A stretch of 64,000 nt of DNA from Octopus vulgaris (GCA_951406725.2 OX597814.1:23188001-23252000), one strand, 5' to 3'; shown: positions 40,027-52,800, counted from the stretch's first letter. Numbers and translations are program-made. The notes: generated by a model from the letters alone, not told the origin.

Positions 40027-41317
40027 CGAGGGGCGTTCAATAAGTAATGCCCCTGACCCACTTCCCATAGCAGTAGAGCAACGAAACTTGGCACAGTTAT
40101 TAGACTTTTTCTACATAGGAACCACCCAGAGTTACGCATTTCTCCCATTGTTTGATGCAGCTCTGGAGACCGTTTTTGTAGAAGACCCCAGCTTGGTCCT
40201 CCAACCACAACGTGACTTCAGAAATCAAGGCTGCATCATCTGGGAAACGCTTTCCTTTCAAAAACAACTTCATGACTGGGAAGAGGTGAAAATCAGAGGG
40301 TGCAAGGTCAGGAAAGTAGGGGGATGGGGGAGGAGTTCATAGCCATACGCCTGTGCTTCTGATCTGGCGACAAGTGAGTTGTGGACCGGAGCGTTGTCCT
40401 GCAGGAGGAGGATGTCTTTGCTGATCTTGCCCCACCTCTTGATTTTGATAACTTCTCTTAATTTCCTCAAAAGTGAAGCATAATAGGCTCCTGCAATTGT
40501 GGTACCCTTTGCCAGGAAATCTGTCATCACTACTCCGTCCTGGTCCCAGAAGACTGTGAGCATGACCTTGCCAGTGGAGGGCTGCACCCTTGCCTTCTTT
40601 GGAGGGGGTGAGTCACGGTGCTTCCACTGCATTGACTGGGCTTTGGTCTCTGGATCATCGTGATGGACCCAGGTTTCATCCTGTGTAATCAGTCTTTTGA
40701 AAAATTTTGACTCATCTTCTTGGCACATCTCCAAATTCACCCTCGAGCACTCAACGCGTTCTTGCTTCTGGAAAGGTGTGAGCAATCTGGGAATCCATCT
40801 GGCAGACACCTTTTGCATATGCAATTGATTCATGAATGATAGTTTCCACAGACCCAGTACTAATCTTGACCTCATGGGCTATTTGGCGAATAATTATGCG
40901 TCGATCATCCAAAATGGCAGCCTCAACTTGACGGACAGATGCCTCATCAATGGCAGAAGGGGCGACCAGATCTGGGAGCTGTTTCCACAGAGTTCCGACC
41001 ATGTTTGAATTCACGATGCCAGCCTTTTACAAGGTCATATGATGGGGCATTATCACCATAAGTTACTTTCATTTCATCAAAAGTCTCCCGTGGTGTGCGT
41101 CCTTTCAAATAAAAAAACCGATTCCCTGCTTGACACTCAACAGGCTCCATTTCACACTTGACTCGGTTCAAACACCTGTAAATCAGAAACCACAATTAGT
41201 TCAGAGCTGTAATTTGCCACTTACAATATAGAGATATAAATGTTTGCACATGCAAAATTTCAGCTAGATCCAACAACTGCAAGTGGGTCAGAGGCATTAC
41301 TTATTGAACGTCCCTTG
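40027..41317 (-). mobile_element. Full-length mariner DNA transposon (1291 bp)
   Basis: 37-bp TIRs (40027-40063; 41281-41317; 3 mismatches) with TA target duplication at both ends. Confidence 0.95.
40100..41150 (-). pseudogene. Mariner transposase, frameshifted
   Basis: Spread over several frames: MEPVEC.., WIPRLL, ITQDETWVHH, LLQDNAPVH, HPP/PDLAPSDFHLF, ..WEKCVTLGGSYVEKV*. Confidence 0.93.
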
Positions 41318-41367
41318 TATATTTATGTATATATATATATGTATATATATGTATATATATGTAAATG

Positions 41368-41416
<49 letters not shown>

Positions 41417-41760
41417 GAAAGAATGGAGCTGAATGATGAATTAACAAAATTCCTTTATTTTCAACATATCTTTCGAAGGCTGCATATTCCTAATTGCGAA
41501 GGAATAAGGAGTACATTATGCCGCTTTCTCATCAGGAAAAGCAAGGAACTTATGTCAACATCAAAATGCACAAAAAACTTTTAGATGATTGCTCACACGG
41601 AGCCCATAGCGATAAATAAAATAAACATACAAATTTCCACACGAAAGCATGTAATCTGTGCCCTAGGCATGAAACTTCAACCGTGTTTTTTCTGATGTGA
41701 ATTTGCTTCCCAGGTATCGGTTAATTCAAATTATCCATAATAAGATAATTCATTCAACTA

Positions 41761-41762
<2 letters not shown>
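41417..41762 (-). mobile_element. ~345-bp Penelope/retrozyme-like element in (TA)n
   Basis: Non-coding block between (TA)n tracts carrying a hammerhead followed by AATAAA on the minus strand. Confidence 0.6.
41458..41540 (-). ncRNA. Type I hammerhead ribozyme with intact core boxes
   Basis: ttttc CTGATGA gaaagcggcata [loop] tatgcagccttc GAAA gatatg TT gaaaa. 5-bp stem I, 10/12-bp stem II, near-palindromic stem III (a g/c atatg t). Confidence 0.72.
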
Positions 41763-41798
<36 letters not shown>

Positions 41799-41869
41799 CA
41801 TATTTATGTATATATATATATATGTATGTGTATATATTTATGTATATATATGCATGTATATATATGTTT

Positions 41870-42863
41870 GCATATATGTGTACGAACAGTCATGTTACAT
41901 GGCAGTGAAACATGGGCCGTGACTGCTGAGGATATGCGTAAGCTCGCAAGAAATGAAGCCAGTATGCTCAGATGGATGTGTAATGTCAGTACTCATACTC
42001 GACAGAGTGTAAGTACCTTGAGAGAAAAGCTGGACCTAAGAAGCATCAGTTGTGGTGTGCAAGAGAGACGTTTGCGCTGGTATGGGCATGTGGCGAGAAT
42101 GGATGAAGATAGTTGTGTGAAAAAGTGCCACACCCTAGCGGTTGAGGGAACCTGTGGAAGAGGCAGACCCAGGAAAACCTGGGACGAGGTGGTGAAGCAC
42201 GACCTTCGAAATTTAAGTCTCACTGAGGAAATAACTAGAGACCGAGACCTCTGGAAGTATGCTGTGCATGAGAAGACTCAGCAGGACAAGTGAGACCATA
42301 ACCCATGGCCTTCTACATGGGATGTAGCCAGCCCACTTATGCATACCTTTCCTTCTTGGGACACAAAACTCTACTTGTGAAGACCTGTTGAGGCAAGTGA
42401 GAATCAGAATCGAAATCGATCAATGGAAATTGCAGCTGAGTTACCAATGCCGGTGGCACGTAAGAGAACCATCTGAATGTGGGCGTTGCCAGCACCACCC
42501 AGACTCGCCTCGTGCTTGTGGCACGTAAAAAGCACCATCCATTCGTGGCCGTTGCCAGCCTCGCCTGGCACCACCATCCGTTCGTGGCCGTTGCCAGCGC
42601 CACCCCGACTGGCCTCGTGCCGGTGGCACGTAAAAAGCACCATCCGTCCGTGGCCGTTTGCCAGCTCTGTCTGGCACCTGTGCAGGTGGCACGTAAAAAG
42701 CACTCACTACACTCACGGAGTGGTTGGCGTTAGGAAGGGCATCCAGCCGCAGAAACACTGCCAGATCAGACTGGGCCTTCTGGCTTCACAGACCCCAGTT
42801 GAACCGTCCAACCCATGCTAGCATGGAAAGCGGATGCTAAATGATGATGATGATGATGATGAT
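41870..42863 (+). mobile_element. RTE-clade LINE 3' portion: ORF C-terminus (to 42293) + composite 3' UTR
   Basis: [49 protein letters not shown], uninterrupted. Then UTR, hairpin array and (GAT)n. Confidence 0.92.
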
Positions 42864-42957
42864 ATGCATATATGAGTATATATTTATTTATATATATTCA
42901 TTTATATATATGTATGCATATATGCATATAAGAGCATGTATTTATCTATATATAAAG

Positions 42958-43340
42958 ACAGGACCAAATATAGCAACAGCTTGGGTTTCAGAGGACTACA
43001 GCTCTTCAACATCCTCTCTAAATGCCTGAGAGGCTTGCATTGTATGGATGTGGGTTTCTTTAAAACTAAACTGGATCTCTTCTTGTCGGGGTCCCAGATG
43101 TCGGGGGTCCCAGAGACACAGATGCAGGCAGCGCTCATTCAACGGTGGTGCCCCAGCATGGCCGCAGCCTTCGGACTGAAGCATTTTTAAGGATTTAAGG
43201 ATTTTATATGTATAAAGTCCCAGATGAACTTACCTCTCGGCAGGAGACACAGATGCGGGCAGTGGCATCGAACTCCCTTGTTGACCAAGTGCCACGTATC
43301 AGAGGTGGATTCACATACTAGTGTAGCTCATTCAACGGTG
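42958..43340 (+). mobile_element. CR1-group LINE 3' ends (two overlapping pieces)
   Basis: NSLGFRGLQLFNILSKCLR..FKTKLDLFLSG and VPDELTSRQETQMRAVASNSLVDQ. Confidence 0.75.
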
Positions 43341-43342
43341 GA

Positions 43343-43374
<32 letters not shown>

Positions 43375-43829
43375 CATCCGTATATATTTATATATGTGGT
43401 TGAGTTCCTTTTGAGTGTTGGGTCTCACAGTAGCAAAGATCTTTGGCATTATGTCATGCTTAAGATAAAGACCCATCAAGCCAAGCAGAATCACAGTCGT
43501 GGCAGATACTGGTGTCATGTAAATTGACTCCTGTGCTGATGGCATGTAAACGCACCCCAGTGCCACACAAATGGCAGCTATGCTGGCAACACGTAAAAGC
43601 ACCCATTACACTCTCAGAGTGGTTGTTGTTGGAGTGGGCATCCAGCCATAGAAAACCATGCCAAATCAGATTAGAGTCTGGTACAGCCGTTCAGTGTGCC
43701 AGCCCAGTCAAACCATCCAGCATGGACAACAGACGTTAAATGATAATGATGTATATATATGCATATATATATATATATATGAATATATGTATAGATATAT
43801 ATGTATATATATATGTAGGTATGTATATT

Positions 43830-43880
<51 letters not shown>

Positions 43881-43991
43881 GTGTATATATTTATGTATAT
43901 ATATATATACATGTATATACATGTTTATATATTTGTTTGCATATATGCATATACGAGTATGTCTCGTATGAATGTATTTATCGAGTAGATA

Positions 43992-44030
<39 letters not shown>

Positions 44031-44382
44031 TGATCATGATCATCATTATCATTTAACATCCAAGTTCTATACTGGCACAGCTTGGATGGTTTCATACAAT
44101 CCAGTTTATCCAAAGGCTACATTGAGCTCCAGTATCTTTTTTGACTTGGATTTTATAGCTGGATGCCCTTCCTGATGCCAACCACTTTACAGCTAGGACT
44201 GGATATATATATGGCTTTTGACCCTGTTCCACAAATGTAAGTTTTCATTTGTCTACTATTTATATTTGAATGTTGAGGACATGTATTGCATATTTGCCAG
44301 CACCTATATTTATATCTATGTCAGGAGTTATAATGTGTTTGTGAAACAGGAGTATATTACAGGTGGATCAAGAGAAGTTTTG

Positions 44383-44668
44383 CTGTTGCCAGTGCCGCTG
44401 GACTGGCTCCTGCGCAGGTGGCACATAAAAATCACCATTTGAGTGTGGCCATTGTCAGTACTGCCTGACTGGCCCTCGTGCCAGTGGCATGTAAAAGCAC
44501 CCACTACACTCTTGGGGTGGTTGGTGTTAGGAAGGGCACCCAGCTGTAGAAACTCTGCCAGATCAGATTGGAGCCTGGTGCAGCCATCTGGTTTGCCAGA
44601 CCTCAGTCAAATCGTCCAACCTATGCTAACATGGAAAGCGGACGTTAAACGATGATGAGGATGATGAT
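44383..44668 (+). mobile_element. RTE-type 3' tail (two units)
   Basis: Matches 39085-39372. Confidence 0.85.
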
Positions 44669-44684
44669 ATTACGTCAACTCTAC

Positions 44685-45012
44685 GCATTTGGTCAAGAAT
44701 GAACATGGGATTGCACTTAGAAAGTTCTCCTCCAATGCACAAGCCTGGGTTAGGTTGTTTGTGGAAGAGCATCAGTCGCCCATTCATACCAGCCCCCACT
44801 TCCTCATGCCAGTGGCGTTATCCAAGGGAAAGGCAAAGGCTGGTACAGCTTGGCACCAGTGACATTGTAACTCATTTCTACAGCTGAGGGTACAGGAGCA
44901 ATGTGAAAGAAAGTGTCTTGCTCAAGAACTGAACACACAACCCAGTCCGGGAATTGAACTCACTACTTCATGATTGTGAGCCCAATGTTCTCACCACTGA
45001 GCCATGCACCTT
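44685..45012 (-). mobile_element. SINE family D
   Basis: tRNA-like head (ggctcagtggtgagaac..gagttcaattcccgg) with the same body as 38553-38860. Confidence 0.78.
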
Positions 45013-45079
45013 TATGCATAACATTATAACTTACATATATATATTTATCTATTTGCATACCAACAGACAGACAAATCGA

Positions 45080-45500
45080 TTCTCTTTTACTTGTTTCAGT
45101 CATTAGACTGTGGCCATGCTGGAGCACTGCCCTTTGTCAAGCAAATTGATCCCAGGACTTATTCTTTGTAAGCCTAGTACTTATTCTATCGGTCTCTTTT
45201 GCCAAACCGCTAAGTAACAGGGACGTAAACATACCACCATTGGTTGTCAAGCAACGTTGGGGGACAAACACAAACACATAAACACAGACACACAGACACA
45301 CACACACATATATACATACATATATATATATATATATACGATGGGCTTCTTTCAGTTTCTGTCTACCAAATCCACTCACAAGGCTTTGATCGGCCCGAGG
45401 CTATAGTAGAAGACACTTGCCCAAGGTGCCATACAGTGGGAATGAACCCAGAACCATGAGGTCGGTAAGCAAGCTACTTACCACAGCCACTCCTGCACCC
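45080..45500 (-). mobile_element. SINE family A
   Basis: Colinear with the other copies. Confidence 0.9.
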
Positions 45501-46111
45501 ATGTTAGTTAAGTTGACTGTGTTTTCAATTTTGACAGTGGATTTCTTCAGTTACACTGGATGAACAATCCAATTACTTGATCTTCATTATAAATTTGACT
45601 CAACTCACAGAATAGAATCACACCACCAGTAAATGTCTTATTAATCTTACACTTGCATTAAAATAACAACCTTATTTGAACATTTATGTGTATGTGTTAA
45701 CACACACACACATATATATATATTTATATATTTATAGATATACTTAAGTAAATTAATATGAATTGGTTTTGACAATAAGTATTTCAGCTTTTCTCTCAAC
45801 TGAAATGCTTGCTTATTAAATTATCATGTAGGTAACTGAATATCACACAGTCTGCATATCAAATAGTAGGTTCCAGTGACAAGTATTCTTTTCTGCTCTA
45901 GGCACAAGGCCTGAAATTTTGTGGGAGGGGGCCAGTCGATTAGATTGACCCCCAGGACGCAACTTGTATTTAATTTACTGAGCCTAAAAGGATGAAAGGC
46001 AAAGTCGACCTTGGCAAAATTTGAACTCAGAACATAAAGTCAGACAGTGACAACTATTGCAAGATGACTGGCACTGTTTTGACAGCAATATTATGTCAGA
46101 GTATCTTTCTC

Positions 46112-46341
46112 ATTTCTTTATTGCCCACAAGGGGCTAAACATAGAAGGGACAAACAAGGACAGACAAAGGGATTAAGTCAATTACATCGACCCCAGTGCA
46201 TAGCTGGTACATAATTTATCAACCCCGAAAGGATGAAAGGCAAAGTCAACCTCAGCAGAATTTGAACTCAGAACATAGTGGCAGATGAAATACTGCTAAG
46301 CATTTTGTCCGGCATGCTAACGTTTCTGCCAGCTCGCAGCC
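46112..46341 (-). mobile_element. SINE family B with long TSD
   Basis: ttatgtcagagtatctttctc at 46091-46111 and 46342-46362. Confidence 0.92.
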
Positions 46342-46721
46342 TTATGTCAGAGTATCTTTCTCTTAGAAGAGCTGTCTTTCTCAAGACTTCTAACAGGTAT
46401 TACCATTTGGGGTCCAAACAGACTTGGAGTAATGGTAATTAAGGAATGAATCCATGCAGCCCATGTTTCCAGAACTTCCAAATTGGATACTGTTTCCTTT
46501 CATACTTGGGATATACATACATGCATACATGCATGTATGCATGTATTCATACATCCATGCATACATGCATACATGTATCCATACATGCATGCATGCATAC
46601 ATACACACATACACACTCATACATACATACATACATACATACATACATACATACATACATACATACATACATACATACATACATACATACATACATACAT
46701 ACATACGTACGTACATACTTA

Positions 46722-47080
46722 CATAAGAACAGTAATCCAGTGCAAATGCAATGGACTTGATATCTTACTGTGGGATGGGGAAAACAAAAGTCCTACACTT
46801 TTGTAGAGGACAGCTGCTCAGCAGATGTGAATCTACTATCAAAATCCAGGAAAAACTTAACATTAATGGTGAACTAATGCAGAACCTACTGCTCTTGTCT
46901 CCTGATTATAAAGTTTCTTTTGTACCTATCATTATAGTTCATTAAGGTATGTATCAACAGATTTACACAAAAGCCTAAAAATATTAGTATTTCTGGGTTT
47001 TTCAAAGAAAATTCAAAAGAAATTGATGTGAATTCTCAAAAATCAGTCAATTAGTGGCACAGTGAATATTTGCAAGGAAC
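46722..47080 (+). mobile_element. R4/NeSL-like LINE C-terminal relic
   Basis: CKCNGLDILLWD..KIQEKLNINGELMQNLLLLSPDYKVSFVPIII resembles the restriction-like endonuclease domain (HNRPDI..EK..Y..L..PIIIG). Confidence 0.65.
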
Positions 47081-47340
47081 AGATGCGCACACTTGGTTTT
47101 TTGCATTGGCAGCTCAACCATTGCACCAACTCAACCACATATTTACTCAAAATGTTTTGTCACTTTGTTAGTGACTGTCTTGAACCCTCTTAAGGATAGC
47201 TTATATCTCAAAGAAAAACATGCATACATCTTGAGAAATTAGGGTTCTGAAAACCCGAAAGGAGAAAGCTTATTAGAAAACTACAGATACAAATCTTCTG
47301 TGGAATTATCAAATTATGTAAAAGTTTCCAAAAGTTTAGA

Positions 47341-47661
47341 GGAGGCACAATGGTCCAGTGGTTAGGGCAGCGGACCACTATTCAGAGGATCATGGTTTCA
47401 ATTCCCAGACTGGGTGTTGTGTGTGTTTATTGAGCGAAAACACCTAAAAGCTCCACGAGGCTCCAACAGGGGGTGATGGTGACTCCTGTTGTACTCTTTC
47501 ACCACAACTTTCTCTCACTCTCTCTTCCTGCTTCTTGAGTAATGCTGCAATGGACTGGTGTCCCATCTAGCTGGGGGGGGGCACATACGCCACAGAAACT
47601 GGGAAACTGGGCCCATGAGCCTAGCTAGGCTTGATAAGGGTGACGTTTATCGTTTTTTTCC
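47341..47661 (+). mobile_element. SINE with family C head and a V-domain-like tail, with TSD
   Basis: First ~190 nt match 15300-15110, then gctgcaatggactggtgtcccatc... TSD ccaaaagtttag at 47328-47339 and 47662-47673. Confidence 0.85.
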
Positions 47662-48146
47662 CCAAAAGTTTAGCTTATAAGTATGTATTGAGACACGCAA
47701 CAATATATAGAAATATGCATACATAAAGACATACTTGCACATATACACACATATATGTGCAACTATACTGTTGATGCCGTTGAAATTTCAATGAAAGAGC
47801 TTTAGATCTAGGTTAGAAACCAGCTCTTTCTACAAGAAATCTAGAAATAAATTTAAATAAGTTATATGTTAATATATATAGAGGCATGCATGTATATGCA
47901 CAACAACACACACTTATACATCCGAATCAAATGCATATGCCATGAACTTCATATTGATTAATTCAGAGAAGTGTTTAAAAATTTTGTTACACCAATTAAA
48001 TGTGTTAATAGATTATCTTTGAATGTATAATCTGAGCAAATGGAATCTAATTTCATTTATCACTAGATGAAATTACTGATTTGTTCCAAAATGTAGTTAT
48101 ACTGACGTACTTACATGAAGTAACACTTGTACTGATTAGTACACTG

Positions 48147-48178
<32 letters not shown>

Positions 48179-48182
48179 ACAT

Positions 48183-48298
<116 letters not shown>

Positions 48299-48440
48299 AA
48301 ATATATGAGCCTATGCACACAAGTAAGTGTTTATGCATCAATATAAATATGTATATATATGTATGTATATTTGTACATATATATGTGTGTATATATACAT
48401 ATATAACATGTATTCTTTTATTCTTTTACTTGTTTCAGTG

Positions 48441-48765
48441 AAGACATGTGGCTTAGTGGTTAGGGTACTTGGCTCATGATCGTAAGATCATGAGTTCAAC
48501 TTCAGGTAATGCACTGTGTCCTTGAGCAAGACACTTTATTTCACATTGCTCCAGTTCGCTCACCTGACAAAATGAGTTGTATATGTATTTCAAAAGATCC
48601 AGCTTTGTCACATTCTGTGTCATGCCGAATCTCACTGTGAAGTATGTTAAGGATATATGTGTTTGTGGAGTGCTCAGCCACTTGCATATAAATTTCATAA
48701 GCAGTTTCTTCCATTGATCAGATCACTGGAATCCTCGTGGTCATAGTTCAATGATGTGCCAGTTG
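48441..48765 (+). mobile_element. SINE with family D core and family C tail
   Basis: tgtgtccttgagcaagacactttatttc followed by gtatttcaaa..gtggagtgctcagccacttg, as in 14919-15100. Confidence 0.78.
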
Positions 48766-48790
48766 TGTTTCGGTCATTATACTGCATCCA

Positions 48791-49023
48791 AAGGTGGCGA
48801 GCTGGCAGAATCATTAGCATGCTGGGCAAAATGCGTAGCTGTATTTCAACTGCCGTTACGTTCTGAGTTCAAATTCCACCGAGGTCGACTTTGCCTTTCA
48901 TCCTTTCAAGGTCGATAAATTAAGTACCAGTTACGCACTGGAGTCGATGAAATCGGCTTAATCCGTTTGTCTGTCCTTGTTTGCCCCCTCTGTGTTTAGC
49001 CCCTTGTGGGTAGTAAAGAAATA
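48791..49023 (+). mobile_element. SINE family B with TSD
   Basis: tatactgcatcca at 48778-48790 and 49024-49036. Confidence 0.92.
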
Positions 49024-49243
49024 TATACTGCATCCATGCTGGTCACCATCTTGAAAAATTTTTGTCAAATGGATCAGATCCAATACTAATAATACATATA
49101 ATACTTATCAGCTCCAATATTTATAAACCTGGTTTTTTTTCTATCAGGCTCTTTTGCTAAACCACTAGGTTGCCAGATGTAAGCACACCAACACTAGTTG
49201 TCAGGCAGTAGAGAGGGACATACACAGACAAAAAGACATAGAT

Positions 49244-49281
<38 letters not shown>

Positions 49282-49322
49282 ACACAAATATAATACACAC
49301 ATACACACACACATACACTAAC

Positions 49323-49705
49323 ATCATCATCATCATTATCGTTTAACATCTGCTTTCCATGCTAGCATGGGTTGGACGATTTGACTGAGGTCTGGCGAAC
49401 CAGTTGGCTGCACCAGACTCCAATCTGATCTGGCAGAGTTTCTACAGCTGGATGCCCTTCCTAACGCCAACCACTCCAAGAGTGTGGTGGGCGCTTTTAT
49501 GTGTCACCGGCACGAGGGCCAGTCCAGCAACACTGGCAAGGGCCATGCTCAAATGGTGCTTTTTATGTGCCACCTGCACAGGAGCCAGTCCAGCGGCACT
49601 GGTAATGACCTCACTCGAATGTTTTTTCACATACCACCACAAAAGCCAGTAAGGTGATGCAGGTAATGATCACGCTTGAATGGTGCTTTTTACATGCCAC
49701 CAGCT
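49323..49705 (-). mobile_element. RTE-type 3' UTR array + tail
   Basis: Reverse complement of about 38990-39372. Confidence 0.85.
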
Positions 49706-49724
49706 AACATATATGCATATTTAT

Positions 49725-50190
49725 AGCTGCCAAATAAGAATAGGCTAGGCAAAGTTCAGTGAGATCTTATTTCTGTTGGTGACTAAGGGCTTCTTTGTCA
49801 GAGTGAAAAGCAGATTGTGTGATGCCTGTGTGTGAACAGCCATGCTACACAACAGTGAAACATGGGCTGTAACTACCAAGGGCATGCATAGGCTTGAAAG
49901 AAATGAAGCTGCTATATTTCACAAGATGTGCAATGTTAGTGTGCATGTATGACAGAGAGTAAGCATCTAGAGAGAAAAGTTGGGTATAAGAGGCATCAAA
50001 TGTGGCATGCAAGAGAGACAACAGTGTTGATATGGCCATGTGATGCATATAGAGGAGGACAGCTGTGTAAAGAAGTGCTGATCTTTAACTGCGGAGGGAG
50101 CCTGTGGAAGAGGTAGACCCAATTAGACATGGGACAAGGTGGTGAAGCATGATCTTTGAATGGGCCTCACAGAGGTAACAACAAGTGACC
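49725..50190 (+). mobile_element. Decayed RTE ORF C-terminus
   Basis: Colinear with 41870-42250 (SETWAV, EGACGRGRP). Confidence 0.8.
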
Positions 50191-50199
50191 AAGTTACCA

Positions 50200-50250
50200 A
50201 AGCTTTGTGAGTGGATGAAACCCATTGCATACACACACACACACATATAC

Positions 50251-50281
<31 letters not shown>

Positions 50282-50522
50282 CATACATGTATGTATATAT
50301 CTATGTGTATATCTTTGTGTTTGTCCTCCCCATCACTGATTGACAAATGGTGTTGGTGTGTTTACTTTCCCTGCAACTTAGCAGTGCAGCAAAAAAGACC
50401 AATAAAATAAGTACTAGGCTTAGAAAATATTTCTTAGGTCAATTTGATCAACTAAAAATCCTTCAAGGCAGTGCTCCAGCATGGCCACAGTCAAATGACT
50501 GAAACATGTAAAAGAATAAAGG
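50200..50522 (+). mobile_element. SINE family A, 3' part
   Basis: aaagctttgtgagtggat..gtgctccagcatggccacagtcaaatgactgaaac. Confidence 0.8.
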
Positions 50523-50646
50523 AAAAAAACGTGTGTGTGTGTGTGTGTGCACGCATGTGTGCATGTATGTCTGTGAGTGTGTATGCATCTGTGCATGTAT
50601 GTCTGTGTGTGTGTGCATGTATGTCTGTCTGTGTGTATAATATATA

Positions 50647-50876
50647 CAGGCGGCAAGCTAGCAGAAACGTTAGCATGCCGGGCGAAATGCTTTGCGGTAT
50701 TTCATCTGCCGTTACATTTGAGTTCAAATTCAGCTGAGGTCGACTTTGCCTTTCATCCTCTCTGGGTCGATAAATAAAGTACCAGTTTCGCACTGGGTCG
50801 ATGTAATCGACTTAATCTCTTTGTCTGTCCTTGTTTGTCCCCTCTATGTTTAGCCCCTTGTGGGTAGTAAAGAAAT
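50647..50876 (+). mobile_element. SINE family B
   Basis: Full-length match. Confidence 0.9.
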
Positions 50877-51073
50877 ATATATACATGCATGTATGTGTGC
50901 ATGTATACATATATACTAACTACACGTGCTGTTGGTAATATTTTTCCATCTCTAGATTTTTCCATTTACCTTTCTGGTGAAGAGCTATGCTCAAAAGGTC
51001 AAAATCCCTCCCTTTTCTGTGTGTATATATATATACATATACATATACATACATATATACATATGCATATGCA

Positions 51074-51157
<84 letters not shown>

Positions 51158-51780
51158 TGCATGCACAAATTAAATTTATACCAGAATGGAAAATAGATGT
51201 TAAACAATGATGATGATGATGATTAGGTTGACGACGGCGATCACACAGATATATATATATATACAGTTGCATGAAGTAGTGCCAACTGTAATGTGTTTGG
51301 AGCAAGATTAAGAAGTAAAGAGAAGACATGCAAATACCAAGTGTAATCCAGTAAGCAAATGCACATGCCTGAAAAGTGTAGAAATATAAAGCAAAAGTCT
51401 ATCCAGCAATCAAAGCAGTGTACAATGAAGATAAATAAGACAGATAAAGAAACAGAAGAGGATATGACGCCTTGGGTGGTACTTTTTATCATAGAAAAAA
51501 TTCAGAAAAGCAAAGGAAAGAGAAAAAGATGTATGATATTAAATTTAAGAAGTTATTTTAAATGACATTTCTTACTTTTGATTTCTCCTTTTCCTAATTT
51601 ACCTGATTCTTTTCTTGGTGATGCTTTTTGCTCCCTCTTTTCTTCAAATTGTTCTAGGCCTGACTCTAGCCCTTTATAGCTTTATCTAACATTGATTTCC
51701 TCCACAGTGTCACATTCTGTTTGTCTAGAATTTTATGCTGGTTACAGATCAGGTGATGTAGTCTGTTGTTTTCAGAAAAA

Positions 51781-52012
51781 GGAGGCAAGCTGGCAGAAAC
51801 GTTAGCACACCGGGCGAAATGCTTAGCAGTATTTCGTCTGCCATTATATTTTGAGTTCAAATTCCACCGAAGTCGACTTTGCCTCTCATCCTTTCGGGGT
51901 TGATAAATTAAGTACCAGTTACACACTGGGGTCGATGTAATCGACTTAATCAATTTGTCTGTCCTTGTTTGTCCCCTCTATGTTTAGCCCCTTGTGAGCA
52001 ATAAAGAAATAC
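51781..52012 (+). mobile_element. SINE family B
   Basis: Full-length match. Confidence 0.9.
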
Positions 52013-52329
52013 GAAACATCCAGTTGTCTTCTGTGTTATAATTTATCATCATCTCTTTTCTCTCTTCATATACAGCAACCTAGAGCTGGTTGAAGAAGTC
52101 TTTCAACTTGCATATTTTGCTTCTCAATATTTTCTTAAAAGCTCTCTTGCTCTTTATCTAAGCTGAAGGATCCCTAGTTTTTGTTGAGTGGTACTTTCTT
52201 CACTTGGAAAGGTTTTATTGTTTGAAACCATGTTTGTCCAATTTTCTGATGAGTATGTGTTACAAATCGAAACACCTTTTGATTTCTAAGGCTTTATTCA
52301 ACTCAGAAGATAAAAGAAAATGCTGCACA

Positions 52330-52800
52330 TACTGATAGCTTAAGAAACAACAATAAGTAGGAAATAATATAACATTCTCCTCCACAAAAGAAAACTGAAC
52401 ATTGTGTTCTTCTTTGATAAAGCAAAACATTCAATAACAACTAAAGGCACACACGTACGCACACATACATACATACATACATACATACACACACACACTA
52501 TAAAGTCATTCATATAATACACCAGCTAATCATCAATACCATATCATTTGTGCCAAGGAACATAGTGACAAATACTTTAGCTGAGATTGATGTTGCTGAT
52601 AAGCAGAACATTTAGCTGGTTTCATCTTTGAGTTGAACAGATAATCATGTTCTCGGCAGAAAACGGTATGTTCTTTGCTTGAACAAACTGAAGCATTCTC
52701 ACAGAATCCAGATGGCACAGTCCTTCATGGAAAGTCATTAACAAAAAAATACCACTACAGAATGTTTGAGTATCCAGTCCATCGTTCTTAACACCTGATC
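52330..52800 (-). pseudogene. Possible piggyBac transposase relic
   Basis: Weak motifs LNVLLISN and WRRMLYYFLLIVV in the expected order (cf. NVLLLST; W..LF..LLD). Confidence 0.25.

Noticed and set aside
52246-52280. CTGATGA...GAAA hammerhead-like spacing
   Set aside because: No convincing stems I-III.
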